A stretch of 64,000 nt of DNA from Eledone cirrhosa (lineage: Eukaryota): NCBI GenBank assembly GCA_964016885.1, contig OZ024752.1:35154001-35218000 (forward strand). The letters are read 5' to 3'. Position 1 is the stretch's first letter. The number at the start of each line of letters is the position of its first letter. Below, in pieces: positions 24,871-39,100 of this stretch. The translations under genes and the position numbers were made by a program. Below the pieces are notes generated by a model. That model was not told the origin of the DNA and searched no databases. It saw only the letters and a list, made by a program, of their open reading frames with translations.

Positions 24871-25165
24871 AAGGCGGTGGATTGGCAGTATCAGTAGACG
24901 GTCGGACGCCATGCTTTCCAGCATAGTTACGTCCCTTTACGATCTGAGTTCAAATCCCACCGAGGTTGACTTTGCCTTTCATCCTTACGGGGTCGATAAA
25001 ATAAAGTACCAGTAACGCACTGGGATAATTGCTGGCCTTGTGCCTAAAGTAGAAACAATTATTTTAATTAACTTTGTCTTTCATCCTTACGGGGTCGATA
25101 AAATAAAGTACCAGTAATGCACTGGGTAATTGCTGGCCTTGGGCCAAAAGTAGAAAATTATTTTA
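24871..25165 (+). mobile_element. SINE family A with duplicated 3' half
   Basis: Full copy 24871-25063 followed by a repeat of CTTTCATCCTTACGGGGTCG..AGTAGAAA. Confidence 0.85.
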
Positions 25166-25429
25166 ATCATTGTGGTAAATACAGGAGACAACTCCTGATA
25201 TATTCTGTACTTAAACATCAGTGAAGCATACACTTCATCTTACTTGCTGAAGTAGTGATGAGATGTACAATAATGTTGGTGCTATCGTTTAGCTCTTGGC
25301 ATCTGCCTTGATCTTTTATAATTGCAACCAGAACTTGGATGCCTTATAGAAATATTTTACCCTTTGTGTACACTTTATGCGGCCAAAATAGAGTTCCTCC
25401 AAAGGGTTTATGGAGTCATGTTACTCAAT

Positions 25430-25750
25430 AGTGTGCATAACTTGGAGATCAGAGACTTGCTACTAATTCGAATTAAGAGATCACAGCACCAATATTACTG
25501 ACATGTGGTTAAAATGTCTCAGTGTGTGTGGGGGGGGGGGGGATTGCTGGACAGATCTTACAGAGGAAATCAACCAGTACGAGACCCCAAGTAAGATGGT
25601 TGGATAACATCCATGAACTTGGCTGGTCTCACATAGGGATCCAGCCATATCAATTGGAGATGGATGCTTCTGAAAGGACCTACTAGAAGGAGTGTTTGAG
25701 GATTCTGTGTCCCACGACCCTCCCATGAATAAGTGGGTAAAGAAGAAAAG
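25430..25750 (+). mobile_element. RTE/Rex3-like LINE 3' relic (second copy 26755-27040)
   Basis: RPQVRWLDNIHELGWS resembles the RTE C-terminal RPxxRWxDxI motif; colinear copy ~1.3 kb downstream. Confidence 0.6.
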
Positions 25751-25819
25751 AAGTATGCACCTTCTACCCATCTTTTACTTTGACTTCCTAGTTGCCAAGT
25801 CTTTGGGAAAATGGCCGAG

Positions 25820-26070
25820 CTTGTGACATCCCTAATCTGTATAGGCTCATGAAATCCCTATTTATATAGGCTTATGACATCCCAAATGTTTATAGGCTTA
25901 TGACATCCCAAATTTTTATAGGCTTATGACCCCTAATTTGCATAGGCTTATGATATCCCTATTTCATATAGCTTTCATTAGAGCCTTGTGAAATCAATTC
26001 AGCTGTTTGTCTGTTAATTCTACATATACATACTCGAATATAAGCCAAGAAATATGTGACAAAAAATTCC
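25820..26070. repeat. ~26-bp minisatellite (ATAGGCTTATGACATCCCTAATTTGT) plus conserved right flank
   Basis: About 6 units; the same block with more units is at 28157-28520. Confidence 0.9.
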
Positions 26071-27186
26071 TTGGATCTATAGTTACTATGGTTAAGTCTT
26101 GCTTTTGTCAGTGTTTAGTTCCAAATAAGTTTGAGCAATCGAATTGGGACTTCTTCATTGGTTCAACAGATGTATAACAATGGTATTGATAGGGAGTTAT
26201 GGGAGTATAAATATGAGAGGTGTATGTTATTTATATGGTACTTGTCGGCTTGGTGGAAATAGATATTGGGGAGGACGTACTCGGTCATGAGAGTAGTGCA
26301 ATGTGGTAGAAATATATAAAGGGTAAAGGATGAAAAATAAAATAAAACAAAGTAATGTTTTTACCCAGTATATTTCAACATATTTCAGGGCTAATGCCCC
26401 TTTCTCAAATGTAAAAAAACGAAAACAGTTCAAAATAAAATAGTGATGTTCTTCCCTAACTGGTCTAAGTGTCTAAAATATATTTATTTAGTTTGTTTAT
26501 ATAGATCATCATATAAAAAATAAAGTAGAATAAAACCCTGTCTCAAAACAGGGTAAAGATAATTACCTTGACATTTACAAAACCCCTACTTCGGCCACTT
26601 GTATTTGCCATCATATTCTTTAAGTCATTAACAAAGATTCAAGACCATAGGTAAAGGTTGGCATAAATGCTGAATTAAAGATAGCGAATTTGGCTTTTAC
26701 ACCTCTCTCTCTTCCAATTATTGATGGGTCTTTGGGACAAGATTACTTGATAGAGTTCATAGCTCAGAGATCAGAGTCGCTACTTCTCCAAATTGTGAGA
26801 TCACAGCTCTGATTCTACAGGCATGTGGTTAGAATATATTTGGAAAGAATTGCCAGACAGATTTTATGGGCAAAACCAACTGGCAAGAGACCCTGAGGTA
26901 GACCTTGAGCAACATGGTTGGATAACATCTATGAACTCGGCTGGTCTCACCTGAGGATTTAGCTGGATCAGTTGCTTCTGACAAGGAGTGTCTGAGAACT
27001 CCGTCTACACGACCCTCTCAGGAATAAAGAGGAGAAGAACAAGATTTACAACACAAGAATATATGAACAACATTAATTTGTAAGTTTTTTTATTGATTGA
27101 TTTACATTGAATATATATAATACCTTAATTATAGTTAAAACATCTCTGTCAATAAAATAAGAATGGGTTTTATAATGAATGATATA

Positions 27187-27606
27187 CAGGGTGTTTCAAA
27201 ATAAATTGATATCATTTGTCTTCCATAGTTGGACAAAGACTTGTTCTCAAGGTTGTCACATTAAAATATATATTGTGAAATAGTGTTATAATGTTGACAA
27301 ATTTTGAGGAATAAATCTTATGCTATCCAACATTAAGCCTGCTCAGTCTCATTGTCCTAGACTTTGTAGTTTCTGGAATATTTACATCTCAAATGATATC
27401 AAATGTTTTGAAACACCCTATATTATATATATATATTTACAGAGTGTAAATATCCCAGAAACTACCAATATATATTGTGAATTAGTGTTATAATGTTGAC
27501 AAATTTTGAAGAATAAATCTTATGTTGCTCAACATTAAGCCTGCTCAGTCTTGTTTCTGGGATATTTACATCACAAATGACATCTATTTTTTGTTTAAAC
27601 ACTCTG
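27187..27606. mobile_element. Tc1/mariner MITE (27187-27420) plus adjacent related copy (27440-27606)
   Basis: TA|CAGGGTGTTTCAAAATAAATTGATATCATTTG ... CAAATGATATCAAATGTTTTGAAACACCCTA|TA. Confidence 0.8.
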
Positions 27607-28156
27607 TACTTATAACAATGAAACACAAATGCTCTATTCACAGTTAATTGTTATACTTACTTACACTGCTGCAAGCAAGAGTGATTCAAAATATATCCTT
27701 AAACTATGGTGACAAATGACTTAGCTACAAGGAGTCAATATTGGAGGCGAGTTGAAGGTGTCATGGCAAATATTTTTATAAAAGAGACATGATCTGTGAA
27801 AAAATAAGCTATTTGTTTTGTTGAATATATAGTTTTGCTGAGAAGAAACTTGTATTTTATATAAAAGTTTCAAACTGAAAAATATATTTAACAACACAAA
27901 TAAAGTTCAGTGCCAAAAGGCAAGAGCTTACTTAACTTTAAAATGTAGCAGTATTTATGCAATATTGAAAAAAAATCTGAAATTATACTCAGATATGATA
28001 CATGGTATTTTTTAAACCAATACAAAAAATATATTTATTATCTTTACCTTTGAATGTTTAAGATGGATAAATTTTAGTCAACAGATTTTAATCTTCAACC
28101 AATGCCAGAATAATCTATTTTGGTATTTCTTGCCATGACTATTGAAATTTCATTTT

Positions 28157-28520
28157 AGGCTTATGACATCCTTAATTTGTATAGGCTTATGATATCCCTA
28201 TTTATATAGGCTTATAACAGCCCAAAGTTGTATAAGTTTATGACATCCTTAATCTGTGTAGGCTCATGAAATCCCTATTCCTATAGGCTCATGAAATCCC
28301 TATTTATATAGGCTTATGACATCCCTAATTTTTATAGGCTTGTGACAACCCTAATTTGTATAGGATTATGACAACCCTAATTTATATAGGATTATGATAT
28401 CCCTATTTCATATAGCTTTCATTAGAACCTCATGAGATCAATTCAGCTGTTTGTCTGTTAATCCTACATATCATACATATCATATATAAGCCAAGAAATA
28501 TGTGACAAAAAAAAAAATAA
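28157..28520. repeat. ~26-bp minisatellite block, paralog of 25820-26070
   Basis: About 10 units, same flank TAGCTTTCATTAGA..CAATTCAGCTGTTTGTCTGTTAAT. Confidence 0.9.
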
Positions 28521-28541
28521 AAATAAATATCGATGGTAAAA

Positions 28542-28733
28542 TGAGGGTCGCAGAAAAATTCATAGGCTGACCAAGATATTCTTGGAATGATAAAATGAGG
28601 TTTATTTTTCAACATAGTTCCTAGAAAGAAACAATGCAAGTATTAATATGAGTTGAAATTAATGCATGCAAGATTTCACAGCTCTAGCATCACTCCTTCA
28701 TAGTCAGCTTATGAACATTTCAGCTGACCCTTA
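28542..28733. mobile_element. mariner MITE, single-unit form of the 23936 family
   Basis: TGAGGGTCGCAGAAAAATTCATAGG ... CTTATGAACATTTCAGCTGACCCTTA. Confidence 0.8.
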
Positions 28734-29071
28734 TATTCAAGTATATACACTAAGTTTAACAATTATTACAGTGGCTGTTGTGTTGTGTTGTGTTGCCAAT
28801 GAAAATATCTCAAGTACCACAAGACTTCTGCAAAGTATATATATCAGTTCAACATCTGTAACAGACCTTATAAAAGCAAGCCAAATGATAAGTTATTCAA
28901 CAATTTAGGTGAGAGGGAGAAGTAGATTGACATCATTCTGATCAAGATGTGAAATAAATAATTCTCTGGAAGAGAATTGCCTCAACTTAAAATAATATTG
29001 AGTGAATTCAAACAGAAAAACAGACAGGTAAATATATTTATATAAAGAGAAAGATAAATGGAAAAAGCATG

Positions 29072-29668
29072 GGTTAGGCGAGTTTTCCTGTTGTGAGACA
29101 AGTCAGACGAGTTTTCCTGTTGTGAGACAAGTCAGATCAGATGACTGTGTTAGACGAGTTTTCCTGTTGTGAGACAAGTCAGATCAGGTGACTGTGTTAG
29201 ATGAGTTTCCCTGTTGTGAGACAAGTCAGATCAGGTGACTGTGTTAGATGAGTTTTCCTGTTGTGAGACAAGTCAGATCAGGTGACTGTGTTAGATGAGT
29301 TTTCCTGTTGTGAGACAAGTCAGATCAGGTGACTGTGTTAGACGAGTTTTCCTGTTGTGAGACAAGTCAGATCAGGTGACTGTGTTAGATGAGTTTCCCT
29401 GTTGTGAGACAAGTCAGATCAGGTGACTGTGTTAGACAAGTTTTCCTGTTGTGAGACAAGTCAGATCAGGTGACTGTGTTAGACGAGTTTTCCTGTTGTG
29501 AGACAAGTCAGATCAGGTGACTGTGTTAGATGAGTTTCCCTGTTGTGAGACAAGTCAGATCAGGTGACTGTGTTAGATGAGTTTCCCTGTTGTGAGACAA
29601 GTCAGATCAGGTGTCTGTGTTAGATGAGTTTTCCTGTTGTGAGACAAGTCAGATCAGGTGACTGTGTT
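29072..29668. repeat. 47-bp minisatellite, ~12 copies
   Basis: Unit GTTAGATGAGTTTTCCTGTTGTGAGACAAGTCAGATCAGGTGACTGT. Confidence 0.97.
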
Positions 29669-30289
29669 GTGTTCATACAGAACTGTTTCTGGCCTTCTAA
29701 AGTTTACTAACATGTTGAAAGTCTTAGAATGGGTGGGTGTAATATTAGCAATTTAACAGTGTTACTTCTGATGACTAGCATAGAAGGTGCTGCCATTAAA
29801 TTTATGAGATAGAGTAGGGGGAACTTGGGGCCCTCAGTAGAAGTTACTGAGGTGTTGAAAGTCAAGGAATAGGTTGGGTATAATATTAGTAATTTACTTA
29901 TCTGAGTGGAGAAAGCAGAGTTATTCCTAATGACAGGCATAGCAGTGCTGCCATTAAATACTTAAAAGGCAAAGAAGATATTAGATTTTGTAACAAATCT
30001 TAAAATTAGTTGTAACATTTACCACTTTTAGTATTAGTACAGAACTATCAACTCTATTTTGAATTTGTTTATCAAGAGAAACTTTTGTTAGGTTCCTATG
30101 TGCATATGTTTGGGTAGATAAAGAAAATTCTGTGGATGAATAACTTAAAAGATTTGCTCAAGTTATAGCTGAGCAGGATGAAAGGAGTGTTAAGAACATT
30201 TGTAAACAGATTGAAAAATTTAATGTTAATGTATACGTCCACTAAACGTCTGTCCTCAGTTTTTTTTTTTATTTCTTCATCTAGTCCTA

Positions 30290-30740
30290 TCGGAGTGGGG
30301 AGACCGAAGAGGACCTGGGATCAGGTGACAAAAGCCGACCTTACCCAATTACACCTCTCAAAGGCGATGACACACGACCGTGACCTCTGGCGTCACGCAG
30401 TAATACAGAATACTCGACCCCCCACGGGTACAAGCTGAAGCTGAAGCATATAGACAATATGCCCCCACACCCTCCCACTGTAAAGTGGTCGTGGAGGTGC
30501 CACAGCAAAAAAGCACCCAGCCTACACTCTAAAGTGGACGTGTAGGCACCACAAAAAAAAAAAAGCACTCACTGTAAATGAGGTTGGTGTTAGGAAGGGC
30601 ATCCAGCTGTAGAAATCAAGCCAGAATCAGTTCCCGTATGAGCAAGACAAGGTCAGCCGACCGGACACTGCCCACAACAGGACAACCCGTCTAACCCATA
30701 CTAGCGTGGAAGAATGGACGTAAAACGGTGATGATGATGA
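30290..30740 (+). mobile_element. RTE LINE 3' end
   Basis: GRPKRTWDQVTKADL..DRDLWRHAV is an RTE C-terminus; followed by the repeat-containing 3' UTR and (GAT)n tail. Confidence 0.85.
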
Positions 30741-30858
30741 GTCCCAGAAGTAATCTCTAACGTATTCAAGACCAGGTATCCACAGAAACTTCTGTAAGTA
30801 GATATCTTTCCACTCTATTGCAAATGTAAAACAACCACAGTAGAAGGTTTTATATTAA

Positions 30859-31069
30859 CCGTTTAGCATTTAACCCGGTCGAATCCAGTCAGAATTCTCT
30901 CAACTCTCTCTGTCCAAACTGACTGCTCATACTGACGTTAAGGTATTGTTCTCAAATTAAATAACATCAAAATCTCATAGATTCGATATTATGTGAGATA
31001 ATTATGTGAGGTAAAGCCTTTACCACAAAAATACAATAGTATATATAGAGTAATGTAAATGCTAAAGAG
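30859..31069. mobile_element. piggyBac-like TTAA MITE (degenerate ends)
   Basis: TTAA|CCGTTTAGCATTTA...TAAATGCTAAAGAG|TTAA. Confidence 0.8.
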
Positions 31070-31429
31070 TTAAAGATTAGAGTTGGTGTTCAAAGGCTTG
31101 ATGGAAAACAAATAAATTATTTTATAGAACCAATCACAAAAAAAACAGCCAAGAATATGAGGTAACATTTCTTGATATGCAGGAAGTACACAGAAACATA
31201 ATACAGTAACCTGAAAAAGTGCATTAGGATCTGTGCACAGATTGATATGGAAGTAATATTTTAAGTGAATATGATATATTTAACTAGCTGACAGCATAAG
31301 AAGTTATGTACTTAGGACTGTAGATAGTTTTTAATGTTTGCTGGAAGTTGTAGATATGCTCTGTTAAATAGTTGATATTATTTACAGATACATGTAGAGC
31401 TAATGATTGCATAATGACTAGAGTTTTAG

Positions 31430-31800
31430 AGGTTAAGAGAATGATTAGGGAAGCTATGTCTGTTGGTAATTAAAGGTGTTTTTCTCACAGTATGAGAGGG
31501 AGGCTTTATAAATAAGGCTTGCGTATAAAAGGTGTATGGTAGTGAAAGCAGAGGATTTACAGAAACTGGAAACAAATGAGTTGATGGTAATGGTAATCCA
31601 TTGGATGTGCAAGAAACATGAAAGGGCAAGTTAGGAAAGTGATTGGGTATTAAAAGCAAAGATCAAGAGTAATATAAATGGCTAGCTAATGCTTGCTGAG
31701 AGAACGTGCAATGGGTTGATGGGAGAAGATAATAAACATTACAGATGCAAACTAAGGAAGACTTGAGAGTTAGATTGGCTATACCTGAGAACTTTGAACA
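31430..31800 (+). mobile_element. Highly decayed RTE LINE fragment
   Basis: YGSE..EDLQKLETNE..HWMC resembles RTE LYGSETW..RLERxE..RWMC. Confidence 0.45.
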
Positions 31801-31944
31801 TATACAGAATTCAGACAAATGAAATATATATACATATATATATCCAGGGAGTGTAACGCGAAGTTACTGTAGGTTCACCCAGGTGAGCCCTCGATGTTTA
31901 GGTTCACATCAGTGGCAAGTTATAGAGCTAAACAGAGTGTAATA

Positions 31945-32136
31945 TAATTGTTTCTACTTTTGGCACAAGGCCAACAATTACCTCAGTGCATTACTGGTAC
32001 TTTATTTTATCGACCCCGTAAGGATGAAAGGCAAAGTTAACCTAGGCGGGATTTGAACTCAGAATAGCAAGGGCCGTAACTCTATGCATCAAAGCATGGC
32101 GTCCAACCCTCTACCGATACTGCCAATTCACCGCCC
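31945..32136 (-). mobile_element. SINE family A
   Basis: Family A core motifs. Confidence 0.85.
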
Positions 32137-32293
32137 AGCGTGTAATATAATACAAGGACGATTTGTTAAGCCTTCATTACGTTTATTGATTGGTGACGCA
32201 CGCGTTTCGCTATTGATCAGCTCACGGTTCAATCTGTAGCGATCTGACCCGACTCTGGAATCAAAAGCTTGTTGGATCTCTGCTGTTATAAAG

Positions 32294-32330
<37 letters not shown>

Positions 32331-32489
32331 TTTGCTTGATTAACAAGTCTGATCTGCAGACAGGGCTGGAGTTGGGGTCTATATAGATCCTGAATCACCC
32401 ATCTGGGAAACATTCTTAACTATGTATAGTCAGTAAAGACATAGGTGTGAAACTTCACTTTATTTTCTATATATATATATATATATATG

Positions 32490-32700
32490 TGAAGGCGTGT
32501 AGCTGAATGGTTAGAGAATTGGATTCACAATATTGAGGATGTGAGTTCGATTCCTGGACCGGGCGATGCGTTATGTCCTTGAGCAAGACACTTTATTTCA
32601 CGTTGCTCCTTCTACCTGGAGTTGCGACCGATAGATAGTACTAGCAACTGGAAAGACCAACGGAAACATTGTTTCCTTGGTCCGATTTGACGAAAGTCGA
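32490..32700 (+). mobile_element. SINE family B
   Basis: GTAGCTGAATGGTTAG, GAGTTCGATTCC, GTCCTTGAGCAAGACACTT. Confidence 0.85.
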
Positions 32701-32979
32701 TCGATCCTATATATATATTATTTCACATCTCACTATAGTTTTCATCTTGTTATTTTCCATGTCATTTGTCTGTGCACCTCGGTATAAATGCGTTGTATCG
32801 CCAAACCAGTCCCAAACCAGTATTTTGATAATTAAGCTGGTGATAACAGTACTTAATATCGAATGTCAAAGCAGCACCGCAAGTACCTATTTTCAGACAC
32901 ACCGAGCCCAATGAAACATCTGTTAATACCTGGAATAAACCCTATTGTATAGCTTATCAGTGTTATTCTTCACTCCTTC

Positions 32980-33018
<39 letters not shown>

Positions 33019-34526
33019 CAGAGTCATCTAACACACACCAACATGAAAAATAAAAAAACAATATTAAAATAAATAATAATAATGGCTTCTGATTTAGACA
33101 CAAGGCCAAACATTTTTTGGACAAAGGAAAGTCGATTAAATCAACCTTAGTGCGTTACTGGTACTTTATTTTATTGACCCCATAAGGATGAAAGGTGAAG
33201 CTAATGTCGGCATGATTTGAACTCAGAATGTAAAGGGTGTCTGATCTACCGATACTGCCTATCCAGCACCCTCAATAATAATGAAGATCTTTTTCTCTTT
33301 GTATAGATCAAATAATCTGAAACATCACAAAAAACATCTTGCATGCTCAACCCAGTGAAATTCATGTAAACAGTAACCTTGTTTTACAAGTAAAATTCCT
33401 TTAAATGAAAAAATCCTGAATCTGATTGAAGCATGAGGGAAGAGGTTAAAAGACATGTAACTGAGAAAATTAAAAAGATACATCCAGATGTAAAAAGATA
33501 GCCCTAGGTGTAAAAAAGATAGCTTTAGATGATGTGAACTAAACGATTCAAGTATGAAGGTAGAGGTTAAAAGACATGTAACTGAGAAAATGAGAAAGAC
33601 AGCTCTGGATGTAAAAGAGAGCTCTAGATGTAGATAATATAAATTATATGATTGAAGTATGAACGTAATGGTAAAAAGATATGTTAACTGAGAAAATGAA
33701 AAAGATACCTCCAGATGATATAAACTATACGATTGAAGAATGATGGTAATGGTAAAAGATATGTAACAGAAAATTTAAAAGATAGATTCAGATAATATAA
33801 ACTATACAGCCAATATATTCATAATATTGTTGTTGTTTAGCCCTATGATGTTAGCCCTGATTGAGCAGACAAATCTATGATCAAAAACATTTTTAACTGT
33901 GACCATTCCACCATTTTTGTTGATGTTGTTTGGTAACATATAGTGTATCTAAAACAACTTTTGTTATAAAGACAGTAATGTGTGTGATTTGAAGGAGATT
34001 CAGCTGCTATATCTAGCAAGTTGAGCTACCACATAGCAGCTTCTCTCATAATAAATGTTGATCTCTTTTTCCCAGTACAAGCCTCAGAATATTCACAGAT
34101 AATGAAGGTTTACTCCAAAGTTAGTTTGTTTTTAGTTATGTGTTTTTTACATAACTTTTAAAGTTCAATATTTTTTTCAGATTTTCTTGTGTAAATATTT
34201 TTTTAGCGTGTATAATTAAGGAGGTTTTCCCCACCTCTTCCATTGAAATGTATAGTTTATTATTATTATTAAAAAGTTATGCTATCACAGAGAAAAAAAG
34301 TCATGAAAAACTCTGAATAGATTTACTAACTAACCAAACAATAACGTTACATTTAGAAAAATTCTTCACATTAGATAAAAATTTATAATTTCGTGAATAA
34401 GTAATGTGAAAGAAAAATAACTTTCATTCCTTTTTTCACATATGTTTATGTTTGGTTTCATTTTCGTATAAAATCTTTTTTAAAAATAAAATCATTAAGT
34501 AAAATTTTTTTTTTTAAATAAAATTA

Positions 34527-35611
34527 TCAAGTAATTTTGAAATAGTTTCCTTGAGATTCCACACATGATTCCATTCGCCGGAACCAGCTTTCAAAACAGT
34601 CATTCCAATCTTGAGGGGTTAGTAATGTAGTAGCTTGGACAAAAGCACTAATAGCATCTCCCGGCTTAGTAAATTTAGTTCCAATAAGTTCTTTTTTCAC
34701 TTTAGGGTATACAAAATAATCCCAAGGAGATAAGTCGGGACTATGAGTAGGATGTGTGATTAATTGAATGTTGTTTTCAGTAAGACAGTCCATAGTAACT
34801 GCAGCAGTAAGATCATTTACATTACTATGATGGATAAGAATACCTTGGAGTCCAGAATCTTGTCGTACTTCTTTGATTTTTTCAAATAATTCAGGTAGAC
34901 ATTTTGTTAAATACCAACTAGGATTAACTTTAAATTTGTCTTTGAGTAAAATTGCAGCAAGATTACCAGATTTATTAAAAAAATTTACAATAGTCTTTTT
35001 TTGGACATTTTGTGGATGTTTCCATTTAAGATAATAATCTTCATCAAGGAAAGTCCATACACTAGACGGCTTTTTAGATTCAGTATATTGATAAAGTTGG
35101 AATTCAACTCCAAGAACAATATTTCCAATCTTATGAGGAGAACCATTTTTAAACTTTTTTAGCATAAACTCACACCACTCCATCCTTGCCAACTTTTGTT
35201 CCTCACTTAAGATTTGGGGAACCCAGCACATGTTAAGTTTGCGAACATATAAATAATCGTGAAGGATCGATCGAACACTTTCTGATCCAATATTCAATAC
35301 AGTTTCTAGTTCTTTATAAGTTACCCTAGAATCTTCTCTTAGTAATAGTTTAATTGCTTCAATGTTCTGAGGTGTAATAGTAGCGTTAAAAGTTTCATTG
35401 TCCATACATTCATTAGTTTGTTCAAATTCTTTGAACCAAAATTCAACTGTACAATATGGAGGACTTTGGTCTTGGAATACTTCATGTAGTATTTCCTGAG
35501 ATTCTGAAATAGTTTTTCCCTCACAGTAATGTAAAAATATCATGTCTCGAAAGTCCCGATTTTGCAGTTTCATGGAAAAAACTTGCCTCTGCAGCCTAAT
35601 TTTATCAAGTT
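34527..35611 (-). CDS. mariner (DD34D-family) transposase-derived protein, catalytically degenerate; probably the main coding exon of a domesticated gene (ATG at 35573, frame open back to the acceptor at 35611)
   Basis: Uninterrupted 348-aa ORF with HTH-like N-terminus (TVEFWFKEF), WVPQIL (WVPHEL motif), IVLGVE (usually IxTGDE), HHSN (usually HDN), HSPDLSPWDY (YSPDLAPxD). Preceded by a ~20-T tract and CAG acceptor. Confidence 0.85.
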
Positions 35612-36179
35612 CTGAAAAAAAAAAAAAAAAAAAGACATTATAAGAGAAGGAAGTATATTTGGAATGTGGTTAGCAAAGTTTAGAATTGAAACAGAAATAT
35701 AAGCTAAGCCGTAATATTTATTATCTAGTCTAATAATAGGATGTATATACCCACTGAACAGAAAAAGATGGGTTTAGACGCCCCATTATTTAACTACAAC
35801 TTTGATAGGTTTCGGCCAGTATAGAACCACCTGGCACCACTATATTATAGAAAAAGAATATTACAGCATAGCTTCTATTTCTATTTCAATTATAAGAGTA
35901 AATTGAAAATGTTTTTTAAATACATAAATGAGTTTCATTAACTTAAAAAATATATATAATTAAAAACAAAAAATAAACAAAAACATTCTAATCCTTTTCA
36001 TACCAAACTGCCTGAAACCTCCCTGGATTTATGACACAAAATTATTCATTATAAAATTATTATCCTTATATTAAAATCTATCAGTCAATCAATATGTTGC
36101 ACTGCTTGTACAGATTCCCTTGACTTCCTGCTACCATCCAATTCACAGGGCATCATATAAGATGGGGGACCTTCACTTC

Positions 36180-39100
36180 AGGGATGGTACTACAATATCT
36201 TAGGTATCTCATATATAGACTAAACACATAAGATATGGACCACAACTGTAGAGATATAAAGATACAGGCACTAGAAATGGGGTGGTACTACAATATCTTA
36301 GGTATCTCATATATAGACTAAACACATAAGATATGGACTACAACTGTAGAGATATAAAGATACAGGCACTACAATATCTTAGGTATCTCATATATACACT
36401 ATACACATAAGATATGGACCACAACTGTAGAGATATAAAGATACAGGCACTACAATATCTTAGGTATCTCATATATAGACTAAACACATAAGATATGGAC
36501 CACAACTGTAGAGATATAAAGATACAGGCACTAGAAATGGGATGGTACTACAATATCTTAGGTATCCCATATATAGACTAAACACATAAGATATGGACCA
36601 CAACTGTAGAGATATAAAGATACAGGCACTAGAAATGGGATGGTACTACAATATCTTAGGTATCTCATATATAGACTAAACACATAAGATATGGACCACA
36701 ACTGTAGAGATATAAAGATACAGGCACTAGAAATGGGGTGGTACTACAATATCTTAGGTATCTCATATATAGACTAAACACATAAGATATGGACCACAAC
36801 TGTAGAGATATAAAGATACAGGCACTAGAAATGGGGTGGTACTACAATATCTTAGGTATCTCATATATAGACTAAACACATAAGATATGGACCACAACTG
36901 TAGAGATATAAAGATACAGGCACTAGAAATGGGATGGTACTACAATATCTTAGGTATCTCATATATAGACTATACACATAAGATATGGACCACAACTGTA
37001 GAGATATAAAGATACAGGCACTAGAAATGGGATGGTACTACAATATCTTAGGTATCTCATATATAGACTAAACACATAAGATATGGACCACAACTGTAGA
37101 GATATAAAGATACAGGCACTAGAAATGGGGTGGTACTACAATATCTTAGGTATCTCATATATAGACTAAACACATAAGATATGGACCACAACTGTAGAGA
37201 TATAAAGATACAGGCACTAGAAATGGGGTGGTATTACAATATCTTAGGTATCTCATATATAGACTAAACACACAAGATATGGACCACAACTGTAGAGATA
37301 TAAAGATACAGGCACTACAATATCTTAAGTATCTCATATATACACTAAACACATAAGATATGGACCACAACTGTAGAGATATAAAGATACAGGCACTAGA
37401 AATGGGATGGTACTACAATATCTTAGGTATCTCATATATAGACTAAACACATAAGATATGGACCACAACTGTAGAGATATAAAGATACAGGCACTAGAAA
37501 TGGGATGGTACTACAATATCTTAGGTATCTCATATATAGACTATACACATAAGATATGGACCACAACTGTAGAGATATAAAGATACAGGCACTAGAAATG
37601 GGGTGGTACTACAATATCTTAGGTATCTCATATATAGACTAAACACATAAGATATGGACCACAACTGTAGAGATATAAAGATACAGGCACTAGAAATGGG
37701 ATGGTACTACAATATCTTAGGTATCTCATATATAGACTAAACACATAAGATATGGACCACAACTGTAGAGATATAAAGATACAGGCACTAGAAATGGGAT
37801 GGTACTACAATATCTTAGGTATCTCATATATAGACTATACACATAAGATATGGACCACAACTGTAGAGATATAAAGATACAGGCACTAGAAATGGGGTGG
37901 TACTACAATATCTTAGGTATCTCATATATAGACTAAACACATAAGATATGGACCACAACTGTAGAGATATAAAGATACAGGCACTACAATATCTTAGGTA
38001 TCTCATATATAGACTATACACATAAGATATGGACCACAACTGTAGAGATATAAAGATACAGGCACTAGAAATGGGATGGTACTACAATATCTTAGGTATC
38101 TCATATATACACTATACACATAAGATATGGACCACAACTGTAGAGATATAAAGATACAGGCACTAGAAATGGGATGGTACTACAATATCTTAGGTATCTC
38201 ATATATAGACAAAACACATAAAATATGGACCACAACTGTAGAGATATAAAGATACAGGCACTAGAAATGGGATGGTACTACAATATCTTAGGTATCTCAT
38301 ATATAGACTAAACACATAAAATATGGACCACAACTGTAGAGATATAAAGATACATGCACTAGAAATGGGATGGTACTACAATATCTTAGGTATCTCATAT
38401 ATAGACTATACACATAAAATATGGACCACAACTGTAGAGATATAAAGATACAGGCACTAGAAATGGGATGGTACTACAATATCTTAGGTATCTCAAATAT
38501 AGACTAAACACATAAGATATGGACCACAACTGTAGAGATATAAAGATACAGGCACTAGAAATGGGATGGTACTACAATATCTTAGGTATCTCATATATAG
38601 ACTAAACACATAAAATATGGACCACAACTGTAGAGATATAAAGATACAGGCACTAGAAATGGGATGGTACTACAATATCTTAGGTATCTCATATATAGAC
38701 TAAACACATAAAATATGGACCACAACTGTAGAGATATAAAGATACAGGCACTAGAAATGGGATGGTACTACAATATCTTAGGTATCTCATATATAGACTA
38801 AACACATAAAATATGGACCACAACTGTAGAGATATAAAGATACAGGCACTAGAAATGGGATGGTACTACAATATCTTAGGTATCTCATATATAGACTAAA
38901 CACATAAGATATGGACCACAACTGTAGAGATATAAAGATACAGGCACTACAATATCTTAGGTATCTCATATATAGACTATACACATAAGATATGGACCAC
39001 AACTGTAGAGATATAAAGATACAGGCACTAGAAATGGGATGGTACTACAATATCTTAGCTATCTCATATATACACTATACACATAAGATATGGACCACAA

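Noticed and set aside
34527-35573. Active autonomous mariner, or a SETMAR ortholog
   Set aside because: Two catalytic Asp are lost, no TIRs are seen, and no SET-domain exon is found in the window.
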